From the NCBI GenBank assembly GCA_963514005.1, contig OY740811.1, forward strand, positions 31,434,001 to 31,498,000: DNA of 64,000 bases, given 5' to 3'. The notes under the pieces are model-generated. The model ran no database searches. It was not told the DNA's origin and worked only from the letters and a program-made list of their open reading frames with translations. A program made the translations under genes and the position numbers. How positions within the stretch are numbered: position 1 is the first letter of the stretch; each line of letters opens with the position of its first letter. The DNA is from Raja brachyura. Lineage: Eukaryota. Positions 22,785 to 35,395 of this stretch are shown here, piece by piece.

Positions 22785-25700
22785 ACCAACATGTCCCATC
22801 TACACTAGTCCCACCTGCCCACACCGACCAACATGCCCCAGCTACACTAGTCCCACCTGTCCACACCGACCAACATGCCCCAGCTACACTAGTCCCACCT
22901 GTCCACACCGACCAACATGCCCCATCTACACTAGTCCCACCTGTCCACACCGACCAACATGCCCCAGCTACACTAGTCCCACCTGCCCACACCGACCAAC
23001 ATGCCCCATCTACACTAGTCCCACCTGTCCACACCGACCAACATGTCCCATCTACACTAGTCCCACCTGCCCACACCGACCAACATGCCCCATCTACATT
23101 AGTCCCACCTGCCCACACCGACCAACATGCCCCAGCTACACTAGTCCCACCTGCCCACACCGACCAACATGCCCCATCTACACTAGTCCCACCTGTCCAC
23201 ACCGACCAACATGTCCCATCTACACTAGTCCCACCTGCCCACACCGACCAACATGTCCCATCTACACTTGTCCCACCTGCCCACACTGACCAACATGTCC
23301 CATCTACACTAGTCCCACCTGCCCACACCGACCAACATGTCCCATCTACACTAGTCCCACCTGTCCACACCGACCAACATGTCCCATCTACACTAGTCCC
23401 ACCTGCCCACACCGACCAACATGTCCCATCTACACTAGTCCCACCTGTCCACACCGACCAACATGCCCCAGCTACACTAGTCCCACCTGCCCACACCAAC
23501 CAACATGTCCCATCTACACTAGTCCCACCTGTCCACACCGACCAACATGTCCCATCTACACTAGTCCCACCTGCCCACACCGACCAACATGTCCCATCTA
23601 CACTAGTCCCACCTGCCCACACCAACCAACATGTCCCATCTACACTAGTCCCACCTGCCCACACCGACCAACATGTCCCATCTACACTAGTCCCACCTGC
23701 CCACACCGACCAACATGTCCCATCTACACTAGTCCCACCTGCCCACACCGACCAACATGCCCCACCTACACTAGTCCCACCTGTCCACACCGACCAACAT
23801 GTCCCATCTACACTAGTCCCACCTGCCCACACCGACCAACATGCCCCAGCTACACTAGTCCCACCTGTCCACACCGACCAACATGCCCCATCTACACTAG
23901 TCCCACCTGCCCACACCGACCAAAATGCCCTAGCTACACTAGTCCCACCTGTCCACACCGACCAACATGCCCCATCTACACTAGTCCCACCTGCCCACAC
24001 CGACCAACATGCCCCATGTTCACTAGTCCCACCTGCCCACACCGACCAACATGCCCCATCTAAAGTAGTCCCACCTGCCCACACTGACCAACATGTCCCA
24101 TCTACACTAGTCCCACCTGCCTATACCGACCAACATGCCCCATCTACACTAGTCCCACCTGCCCACACCGACCAACATGCCCCATGTACACTAGTCCCAC
24201 CTGCCCACACCGACCAACATGTCCCATCTACACTAGTCCCACCTGCCCACACCGACCAACATGTCCCATCTACACTAGTCCCACCTGTCCACACCGACCA
24301 ACATGTCCCATCTACACTAGTCCCACCTGTCCACACCGACCAACATGTCCCATCTACACTAGTCCCACCTGCCCACACCGACCAACATGCCCCAGCTACA
24401 CTAGTCCCACCTGCCCACACCGACCAACATGCCCCAGCTACACTAGTCCCACCTGCCCACACCGACCAACATGTCCCATCTACACTAGTCCCACCTGCCC
24501 ACACCGACCAACATGCCCCAGCTACACTAGTCCCACCTGTCCACACCGACCAACATGCCCCATCTACACTAGTCCCACCTGCCCACACCGACCAACATGC
24601 CCCAGCTACACTAGTCCCACCTGTCCACACCGACCAACATGCCCCAGCTACACTAGTCCCACCTGTCCACACCGACCAACATGCCCCATCTAAAGTAGTC
24701 CCACCTGCCCACACCGACCAACATGCCCCATCTACACTAGTCCCACCTGTCCACACCGACCAACATGCCCCATCTAAAGTAGTCCCACCTGTCCACACCG
24801 ACCAACATGCCCCATGTACACTAGTCCCACCTGCCCACACCGACCAACATGCCCCATCTAAAGTAGTCCCACCTGCCCACACTGACCAACATGTCCCATC
24901 TACACTAGTCCCACCTGCCCACACCGACCAACATGCCCCATCTAAAGTAGTCCCACCTGCCCACACCGACCAACATGCCCCATCTACACTAGTCCCACCT
25001 GTCCACACCGACCAACATGCCCCATCTAAAGTAGTCCCACATGCCCACACCGACCAACATGCCCCATCTAAAGTAGTCCCACCTGCCCACACCGACCAAC
25101 ATGCCCCATCTACACTAGTCCCACCTGCCCACACCGACCAACATGCCCCATCTACACTAGTGCCACCTGCCCACACCGACCAACATGCCCCATCCACACT
25201 AGTCCCACCTGCCCACACGGACCAACATGCCCCATCTACACTAGACCCACCTGCCCACACCGACCAACATGCCCCATCTACACTAGTCCCACCTGCCCAC
25301 ACCGACCAACATGCCCCATCTACACTAGTCCCACCTGCCCACACCGACCAACATGCCCCATCTACACTAGTCCCACCTGCCCACACTGACCAACATGCCC
25401 ATGTACATTAGTCCCACCTGCCCACACCAACCAACATGCCCCATTTACACTAGTCCCACCTGCCCACACCGACCAACATGCCCCATCTACACTAGTCCCA
25501 CCTCCCCACACTGACCAACATGCCCATGTACATTAGTCCCACCTGCCCACACCGACCAACATGCCCCATCTACACTAGTCCCACCTGCCCACACTGACCA
25601 ACATGCCCCATCTACACTAGTCCCACCTGCCCACACCGACCAACATGCCCATGTACATTAGTCCCACCTGCCCACACCGACCAACATGCCCCATCTACAC

Positions 25701-28700
25701 TAGTCCCACCTGCCCACACCGACCAACATGCCCCATCTACACTAGTCCCACCTGCCCACACCGACCAACATGCCCCATCTATACTAGTCCCACCTGCCCA
25801 CACCGACCAACATGCCCCATCTACACTAGTCCCACCTGCCCACACCGACCAACATGCCCCATCTACACTAGTCCCACCTGCCCACACCGACCAATATGTC
25901 CCTTCTACACTAGTCCCACCTGCCCACACCGACCAACATGCCCCATCTACACTAGTCCCACCTGCCCACACTGACCAACTTGCCCCATCTACACTTGTCC
26001 CACCTGCCCACACCGACCAACATGCCCCATCTACACTAGTCCCACCTGCCCAAACCGACCAACATGCCCATCTACACAGTCCCACCTGCCCACACCAACC
26101 AACATGTCCCACCTGCCCACACCGACCAACATGCCCCATCTACACTAGTCCCACCTGCCCACACCGACCAACATGCCCCATCTACACAAGTCCCACCTGC
26201 CCACACCGACCAACATGCCCCATCTACACTAGTCCCACCTGCCCACACCAACCAACTTGCCCCATCTACACTTGTCACACCTGCCCACACCGACCAACAT
26301 GCCCCATCTACACTAGTCCCACCTGCCCAAACCGACCAACATGCCCATCTACACAGTCCCACCTGCACACACCAACCAACATGTCCCACCTGCCCACACC
26401 GACCAACATGCCCCATCTACACTAGTCCCACCTGCCCACACCGACCAACATGCCCCATCTACACAAGTCCCACCTGCCCACACCGACCAACATGCCCAAT
26501 CTACACTAGTCCCACCTGCCCACACTGACCAACATGCCCATGTACATTAGTCCTACCTGCCCACACCGACCAACATGCCCCATCTACACTAGTCCCACCT
26601 GCCCACACCGACCAACATGCCCATGTACGTTAGTCTCACCTGCCCACACCGACCAACATGCCCCATCTACACTAGTCCCACCTCCCCACACTGACCAACA
26701 TGCCCATGTACATTAGTCCCACCTGCCCACACCGACCAACATGCCCCATCTACACTAGTCCCACCTGCCCACACTGACCAACATGCCCCATCTACACTAG
26801 TCCCACCTGCCCACACCGACCAACATGCCCATGTACATTAGTCCCACCTGCCCACACCGACCAACATGCCCCATCTACACTAGTCCCACCTGCCCACACC
26901 GACCAACATGCCCCATCTACACTAGTCCCACCTGCCCACACCGACCAACATGCCCCATCTATACTAGTCCCACCTGCCCACACCGACCAACATGCCCCAT
27001 CTACACTAGTCCCACCTGCCCACACCGACCAACATGCCCCATCTACACTAGTCCCACCTGCCCACACCGACCAATATGTCCCTTCTACACTAGTCCCACC
27101 TGCCCACACCGACCAACATGCCCCATCTACACTAGTCCCACCTGCCCACACTGACCAACTTGCCCCATCTACACTTGTCCCACCTGCCCACACCGACCAA
27201 CATGCCCCATCTACACTAGTCCCACCTGCCCAAACCGACCAACATGCCCATCTACACAGTCCCACCTGCCCACACCAACCAACATGTCCCACCTGCCCAC
27301 ACCGACCAACATGCCCCATCTACACTAGTCCCACCTGCCCACACCGACCAACATGCCCCATCTACACAAGTCCCACCTGCCCACACCGACCAACATGCCC
27401 CATCTACACTAGTCCCACCTGCCCACACCAACCAACTTGCCCCATCTACACTTGTCACACCTGCCCACACCGACCAACATGCCCCATCTACACTAGTCCC
27501 ACCTGCCCAAACCGACCAACATGCCCATCTACACAGTCCCACCTGCACACACCAACCAACATGTCCCACCTGCCCACACCGACCAACATGCCCCATCTAC
27601 ACTAGTCCCACCTGCCCACACCGACCAACATGCCCCATCTACACAAGTCCCACCTGCCCACACCGACCAACATGCCCAATCTACACTAGTCCCACCTGCC
27701 CACACTGACCAACATGCCCATGTACATTAGTCCTACCTGCCCACACCGACCAACATGCCCCATCTACACTAGTCCCACCTGCCCACACCGACCAACATGC
27801 CCATGTACGTTAGTCTCACCTGCCCACACCGACCAACATGCCCCATCTACACTAGTCCCACCTGCCCACACCGACCAACATGCCCATGTACGTTAGTCCC
27901 ACCTGCCCACACCGACCAACATGCCCCATCTACACTAGTCCCACCTGCCCACACCGACCAACATGCCCCATTGCTGAGGTTGAGTTGCTGCCTTACAGCG
28001 CCCGAGACCCCGGTTCCATCCCGACCACGGGCTCTGTCTGAACAGAGTTTGCACGTTCTCCCCAAGCCCATGTGGCTTTTTCTCCGGGCGCTCCGGTTTC
28101 CTCCAACATTCCAAAGACTTGCAGCTTTGAGGGTTAATTGGCTTCTGTAAAATTGTGAATTGTCCCTAGTGTGTGTGCGTGTGTGTGTAGGATGTCCCTA
28201 GTGTTGGTGTGCAGCGATCGCTGGTCGGCGCAGACTCGCTGGGTCGAAGGGCCTGTTTCTACGCTGTATCTCTGAAGTCTAAAACAAACTGCTGGAGGAA
28301 CCCAGTGGGTCAGAGAACCAACATGTCCCATCTACACTAGTCCCACCTGTCCACACCGACCAACATGCCCCATCTACACTAGTCCCACCTACCCACACCG
28401 ACCAACATGCCCCAGCTACACTAGTCCCACCTGTCCACACCGACCAACATGTCCCATCTACACTAGTCCCACCTGTCCACACCGACCAACATGCCCCAGC
28501 TACACTAGTCCCACCTGCCCACACCGACCAACATGCCCCAGCTACACTAGTCCCACCTGTCCACACCGACCAACATGTCCCATCTACACTAGTCCCACCT
28601 GCCCACACCGACCAACATGCCCCAGCTACACTAGTCCCACCTGTCCACACCGACCAACATGCCCCATCTACACTAGTCCCACCTGCCCACACCGACCAAC

Positions 28701-31069
28701 ATGCCCCAGCTACACTAGTCCCACCTGTCCACACCGACCAACAAGCCCCATCTACACTAGTCCCACCTGCCCACACCGACCAACATGCCCCATCTACACT
28801 AGTCCCACCTGCCCACACCGACAAACATGCCCCATCTACACTAGTCCCAACTGCCCACACCGACAAACATGCCCCATCTACACTAGTCCCACCTGCCCAC
28901 ACCGACCAACATGCCCCATCTACACTAGTCCCACCTGCCCACACCGACCAACATGCCCCATCTACACTAGTCCCACCTGCCCATACCGACCAACATGCCC
29001 ATCTACACAGTCCCACCTGCCCACACCGACAAACATGCCCCATCTACACTAGTCCCACCTGCCCACACCGACCAACATGCCCCATCTACACTAGTCCCAC
29101 CTGCCCACACCGACCAACATGTCCCATCTACACTAGTCCCACCTGCCCACACCGACCAACATGCTCCATCTACACTAGTCCCACCTGCCCACACCGACCA
29201 ACATACCCCATCTACACTAGTCCCACCTGCCCACACCGACCAACATGCCCCATCTACACTAGTCCCATCTGCCCACACCGACCAACATGTCCCATCTACA
29301 CTAGTCCCACCTGCCCACACCGACCAACATGCCCCATCTACACTAGTCCCATCTGCCCACACCGACCAACATGTCCCATCTACACTAGTCCCACCTGCCC
29401 ACACCGACCAACATGCCCCATCTACACTAGTCCCACCTGCCCACACCGACCAACATGCCCCATCTACACTAGTCCCACCTGCCCACACCGACCAACATGC
29501 CCATGTACGTTAGTCTCACCTGCCCACATCGACCAACATGCCCCATCTACACTAGTCCCATCTGCCCACACCGACCAACATGCCCATGTACGTTAGTCCC
29601 ATCTGCCCACACCGACCAACATGCCCCATCTACACTAGTCCCACCTGCCCACACCGACCAGCATGCCCCATTGCTGAGGTTGAGTTGCTGCCTTACAGCG
29701 CCCGAGACCCCGGTTCCATACCGACCACGGGCTCTGTCTGAACAGAGTTTGCACGTTCTCCCCAAGCCCATGTGGCTTTTTCTCCGGGCGCTCCGGTTTC
29801 CTCCAACATTCCAAAGACTTGCAGCTTTGAGGGTTAATTGGCTTCTGTAAAATTGTGAATTGTCCCTAGTGTGTGTGTGTGTGTGTGTGCATGTGTGTGT
29901 AGGATGTCCCTAGTGTTGGTGTGCAGCGATCGCTGGTCGGCGCAGACTCGTTGGGTCGAAGGGCCTGTTTCTACGCTGTATCTCTGAAGTCTAAAACAAA
30001 CTGCTGGAGGAACCCAGTGGGTCAGAGAACCAACATGTCCCATCTACACTAGTCCCACCTGCCCACACCGACCAACATGCCCCATCTACACTAGTCCCAC
30101 CTGCCCACACCGTCCAACATGTCCCATCTACACTAGTCCCACCTGTCCACACCGACCAACATGTCCCATCTACACTAGTCCCACCTGTCCACACCGACCA
30201 ACATGCCCCATCTACACTAGTCCCACCTGCCCACACCGACCAACATGCCCCATGTACACTAGTCCCACCTGCCCACACCGACCAACATGCCCCATCTAAA
30301 GTAGTCCCACCTGCCCACACTGACCAACATGTCCCATCTACACTAGTCCCACCTGCCCATACCGACCAACATGCCCCATCTACACTAGTCCCACCTGCCC
30401 ACACCGACCAACATGCCCCATCTACACTAGTCCCACCTGCCCACACCGACAAACATGCCCCATCTACACTAGTCCCACCTGCCCACACCGACAAACATGC
30501 CCCATCTACACTAGTCCCACCTGCCCACACCGACCAACATGCCCCATCTACACTAGTCCCACCTGCCCACACCGACCAACATGCCCCATCTACACTAGTC
30601 CCACCTGCCCACACCGACCAACATGCCCATGTACACAGTCCCACCTGCCCACACCGACAAACATGCCCCATCTACACTAGTCCCACCTGCCCACACCGAC
30701 CAACATGCCCCATCTACACTAGTCCCACCTGCCCACACCGACCAACATGTCCCATCTACACTAGTCCCACCTGCCCACACCGACCAACATGCTCCATCTA
30801 CACTAGTCCCACCTGCCCACACCGACCAACATACCCCATCTACACTAGTCCCATCTGCCCACACCGACCAACATGTCCCATCTACACTAGTCCCACCTGC
30901 CCACACCGACCAACATGCCCCATCTATACAAGTCCCACCTGCCCACACCGACCAACATACCCCATCTACTCTAGTCCCACCTGCCCACACCGACCAACAT
31001 GCCCCATCTACACTAGTCCCACCTGCCCACACCGACCAACATGCTCCATCTACACTAGTCCCACCTGCC
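22785..31069. repeat. 42-bp tandem satellite array in three blocks separated by duplicated SINE segments
   Basis: Unit ACATGCCCCATCTACACTAGTCCCACCTGCCCACACCGACCA. Blocks at about 22785-27970, 28317-29670 and 30029-31069; SINE segments at about 22435-22750, 27976-28280 and 29676-29992. Confidence 0.98.
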
Positions 31070-31300
31070 TGTATTTGGCCCATATCCCTCTAAACCTATC
31101 CTTTCCAATGTACCTGTCCATATGCTTTTTGAACGTGATCGTACCTGCCTCAACTACCTCCTCTGGCAGCTCGTTCCACACCCCCACTACCCTGTGTGTA
31201 AAAACGTCTCCCCTCAGGTCCCTAATTAATCTTTCCACCCCTCACCTCAAACCCGTGTCATCTGGTTCTTGATTCCCAACTCTGGATGAAAGACCCAGTG
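31070..31300 (-). mobile_element. CR1-type LINE 3' fragment contiguous with the satellite
   Basis: DLRGDVFTHRVVGVWNELPEEVVEAGTITFKKHMDRY; its 3' UTR runs directly into the 42-bp unit. Confidence 0.88.
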
Positions 31301-32524
31301 CATTTACACTGTGTGTTCCTCTTTGGCTTACGACAATGGCCATGCAGGCACACGCACAGTGTCAGAGAGTCACACAGCGTTGGCCCTTCGGCCCAACTTG
31401 CCCACACCGGCAAAACATGTCCCATCCACTAGCATTGGCTCGTGTTCCTCTATACCTGTCCTTTCCATGTACCTGTCCAAACAGTTCTTGAATGTTTCAG
31501 CGCACACCTGTCTTGGCATGACGCATGTCCTTAAAGCTTTTCACTGTACCTCGGTACACGAGACAATAAACTAAACTCCACTGAAGTTGAGCCCCGTGGG
31601 CCACTTGTACAAAGCACACGGCTCCTTTACATCCCCACGTCTCTGTGGTACATTGCCTCCAACTCTTCTCCCGTCAGTGAAGCCGCTAGTATTCTGTAGC
31701 AACCCCTCCCCCCGCAGCTGGGCGTGATGCTTGTCTCACGTCCGGTCCCTTTAAGAGCTGGCTGCAGAGATCGCATGTGTGATACACACTGCAGACAGAC
31801 CAGTGCAAGACGTTGCGATGCACAGGCAGGAAATGCTACACTGACTGCGATGTCACAAAGGGATGCCAAGCAAAGCTGCTCTTGGTTGAACTTCTCACTC
31901 TAATAGAATGTTTCATTCTAACGCGGCGGCACAGTGGCTGCTGCCTCACAGCGCCGGAGACCCAGGTTCGATCCTGACCTTGGGTACTGTCAGTGTGGAG
32001 TTTGCACGTTCTCCCTGTGACAGCGTGGGTTCCCTTCCGGGTGCTCTGGTTTCCTCTAGTTGTCCACAGAGGACAGTACGGGTTTGTAGGTTAATTGTTA
32101 ATTGCCCCCCTAGTGCGTAGCGTTGAGGAGAAAATGGAATAACACAGAAATAGAGCAGTCCACCTCCAGTTTAAATTCCATTTGGAAACCAAGAACCAAG
32201 AATATACCTCATTGGAGACCTGCAAACTATCTTTAATCGGACTTTCTTGGACTTTACCTTGCACTAGACCTTATTCTCTTTATCCTGTATCTGTCCACTG
32301 TGGATGGCTTGATTGTAATCATGTATTGTCTTTTCGCTGACTGGATAGCACACAGCAAGAACCTTTTGACCGTGTGTTTGTTAGTGTGTGAGTGTGTATG
32401 ACCATCCCGCGAGAGGGCCTTTACATCGGGGCGTCCGTAGCGGCGACTACAGAGCCCCGACCACGGCTGAACAAAGGAGGAGGACTGGTTGAACTTTGTT
32501 GTCTTGCACCACAGTGAAGAATTA

Positions 32525-33650
32525 AAAAAAAAATTTATTTCAAAATAGACTTTATTCAAGTAATAACTATATACAATACATGAACCGTGCGGTAAATTCA
32601 TCCGACATTTTCGGAGGCTATACAAATTGTTCAATACAGTTTATACATTTTTTCAAATTCCACAAATATGTCCCCCACCCGTGCCACTCATGTGGCCCAC
32701 TGGTGTGGGATACATTCCCTTATTTTTGAGGGGCGTCTCCACCATACCGTGCCCCCCATGTCCAGCAGCGGAAGGACCCTAGACTGTGGCCCTCCCCCAC
32801 CGAGCCTTGGTTGCACCGAGCTTCAGTGCATCCCAGTCGGCAACATTCCCCGACGGACATCTCGCTCTGCTGGGTGGTGAACAACGCTCGGGCAGACCAG
32901 AGAGCGTCTTTCACCGAGTTGATGACCCTCCAGCAGCACTCGATGTCAGTCTCTGAATGTGTCCCTGGGAACAGTCCGTAAATCACAGAGTCCTCTGTGA
33001 CGGAGCTGTTTGGGATAAAGCGTACCAGGGACCCTTGCATTTTTCTCCAGACTCTTTTAGCAAATCCACACTCTGCAAAGAGGTGGGCAACCGTCTCCCC
33101 TCCATAGCAGCCGTCCCGAGGGCAGCGTGCGCTGGTAGTGAGGTACCGACGGTGCAGGAAGGATCTGACTGGGAGGGCTCCCCTCACCGCCAGCCAAGCC
33201 AGGTCTTGATGCTTGTTGGTGAGTTCTGGCGATGAGGCATTTTGCCAGACAAGCTGGGCAGTCTGCTCAGGGAACCACGCCACCGGGTCCATCGAGTCCT
33301 TTCCCTGCAGTGCCTGCAGGACATTCTGTGCTGACCACTGCCCAATGGACATGTGGTCAAAGGTGTTGGTCCGGAAGAACCTTTCCACAGATGAAAGATG
33401 GGGCGGCAATGTCCAGCTGACTGGCACATTGCGTGGCATCTGCGCCAGGCCCATCCTTCGCAACACCGGGTACAGGTAGAACCTCAGCAGGTAGTGACAC
33501 TTGGTGCCCACGTGCCTCGGCTCTACACTCCGCCTGATGCAGCCACACACGAAGGTGGTCATCAGGATGAGAGCAACGTTGGGCACGCTTTTACCCCCGT
33601 TGTCCGCTGACTTGTACATTGTGGTCTGTCGCACCCGGACCATCCTCAAC
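32525..33650 (-). mobile_element. Tx1/L1-type LINE ORF2 3' fragment (zf-RVT-like region)
   Basis: 309-aa ORF with GGKSVPN, WQNASSPELTNKHQDLAWLAVRGALPVR, CPRDGC..ETVAHLFAEC; AATAAA and A/T tail near 32525-32560. Confidence 0.88.
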
Positions 33651-35204
33651 TGGTGGATGTTTGTGTTAAATCTTATTGTGTCTTGTGTGTTCTTTTTAAG
33701 TGTATCTCTGCTGGCAAATTCATTTCACTGCACCTTCGGGTGCATGTGACAAATAAACTTTACTTGGAATTTACTTTTACTTGGTGTATTGCTAGAAATT
33801 GTAATTTATTTACCCATCTGTTACGAACACAGCATATAATACAATAATATTAGTTCTGATCTTGACAATATCACATTTTTTAATTTTCAAGGCAGTCTGG
33901 GTGTTTATTACTATTTCCGTCGCAACGGTCAATTTTGTAATTAACTACAATTAGGTAACTAACTAATTATATGCTTTAATTTCAGGTCATCCAAGTAAGA
34001 TGTTTTATATTTGTTTCAGAATGCTTCAATCTATAATAACTGAAAATTTCATTCAGTTCCCTTGATTTTTAAGAAAGTTATGGGCTTTTGACTGTCCTCG
34101 ATCACAGCTTTTGTGTTAAGTCAATGGAAAAGCAATGGGGAACAAGATGCTAATTTCCGAGTATGAAAATGGCCATAACTTTTTTAATACTGAAGATATG
34201 AAAGTGAATTAGGTGTCGAATTAAACTTCTTTTTATGCTTTATCTGATGGGATAAATTGCAGACTTGATTTTTTAAATCTCAAAATGTTGTAACATTGCT
34301 AGACAAAAGGCCTGTTTCCATGCTTGATCTCTCAATCAACCACGATTGTGCAATTTAATTGGAAAAATGATTCATGGTAAAGAAAGATAAAATAATTTTT
34401 TCAAAGTATTTTATATTGCAGTTTATTGCTCTGCCTCTTTGGAGTTTGGACTCTCTGATAAGCCTTTGGGTTTCGGCCCGAAACGTTGCCTATTTCCTTC
34501 GCTCCATAGATGCTGCCGCACCCGCTGAGTTTCTCCAGCGCTTTTGTCTACCTTCGATTTTCCAGCATCTGCAGTTCCTTCTTGAACAGCTCTTTCAAAG
34601 ATGCTGCTTTTACAAAAATATAAAAAGACTTCCGGCACTCGAAGGGTTAAACAGAACTGCCCTCGCTCGTGCCCAGCAGGCAATTAACTGAAAGGAAAGG
34701 GAATTGCGAGGATGCTGGATGTCACAGGGGGTGCAGTGCTGCTCCAGCCGCCTTCCTGCCTTGCTCAGTAAAATGAATCAAACCAGGTTTCCAACTAGAA
34801 GACAAAGAGCTCACAGCTAACAAGCACCTGGCTGCCCTTTACTGGGGTTGTACAGCAGTTACTGGAATATTTGTAACAGGGATGTTTGATGTCACACGGT
34901 TTGGGTTTTTGTATCATGTTAAAAATAAATCAATTATTTTTTGATGCAAAAAAAAAAAAAAAACCCAGCCGGACGGGTTGCATGTTTTGAATCCAATGAG
35001 CTATTTCTTGTGTGTGTGATAGACAGCATCTGCTAAGCAAGATCCACAAGTAATTGGCCTTATCTTTGGAGGGCATTACAATGCAATTTTACAGCAGTCT
35101 GACTGGATGGATAACAGAGTGTGTGTGTGTGTGTGTGTGTGCGGAGAGGATAGGTTAGGGAGCAGCTTCCTGTTTGCTCTGCTAATGCCTGAGGAATTCA
35201 TTTT

Positions 35205-35214
35205 CCTTTTATGG
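35205..35214. promoter_or_regulatory. Perfect CArG box (SRF site) in the candidate FBLIM1 promoter
   Basis: CCTTTTATGG fits CC(A/T)6GG. It lies in non-repetitive sequence about 30 nt before a TATA-like CTATATT and about 180 nt before a strong donor (CTG|GTAAGT at 35395/35396). Confidence 0.55.
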
Positions 35215-35269
35215 TAAAGTGAAGCGGAGGTAGGCGGACAGGCTATATTCCCCGAGTGAGGGGGGAACG

Positions 35270-35395
35270 AGATGATTGCAACCAGTTCGCGACTCAGTGC
35301 AGACTGTGAACGGGGTGTGTAGCTGCTGGAACCAAGCCCTCTGTAGGGTCTGTCGATGGGCTTTGCCCTGCTAACAGTAAACTACTGCAGCTCTG
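35270..35395 (+). other. Candidate non-coding first exon of FBLIM1 (5' boundary approximate)
   Basis: Unique CpG-containing island between repeats, ending in a consensus donor. The FBLIM1 ATG exon has an acceptor at 39010, which implies an upstream exon. Confidence 0.45.

Noticed and set aside
22747-25386. Long minus-strand ORFs (445 and 421 aa) of (WAGGTSVDGACWSV)n and the matching + strand Pro/His/Cys-rich ORFs
   Set aside because: By-product of a stop-free 42-bp unit derived from a LINE UTR. Frames are broken by 41-bp variants, and there is no splice or start context.
22785-31069. CRISPR-like array
   Set aside because: Units are head-to-tail with no unique spacers, there are no cas genes, and the context is vertebrate.
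32720-33649. 309-aa ORF as a host gene
   Set aside because: 5'-truncated Tx1/L1-type ORF2 fragment lacking the RT and endonuclease cores.
33790-34300. AT-rich block possibly a DNA-transposon remnant
   Set aside because: No convincing TIR/TSD pair or coding similarity could be established by eye.
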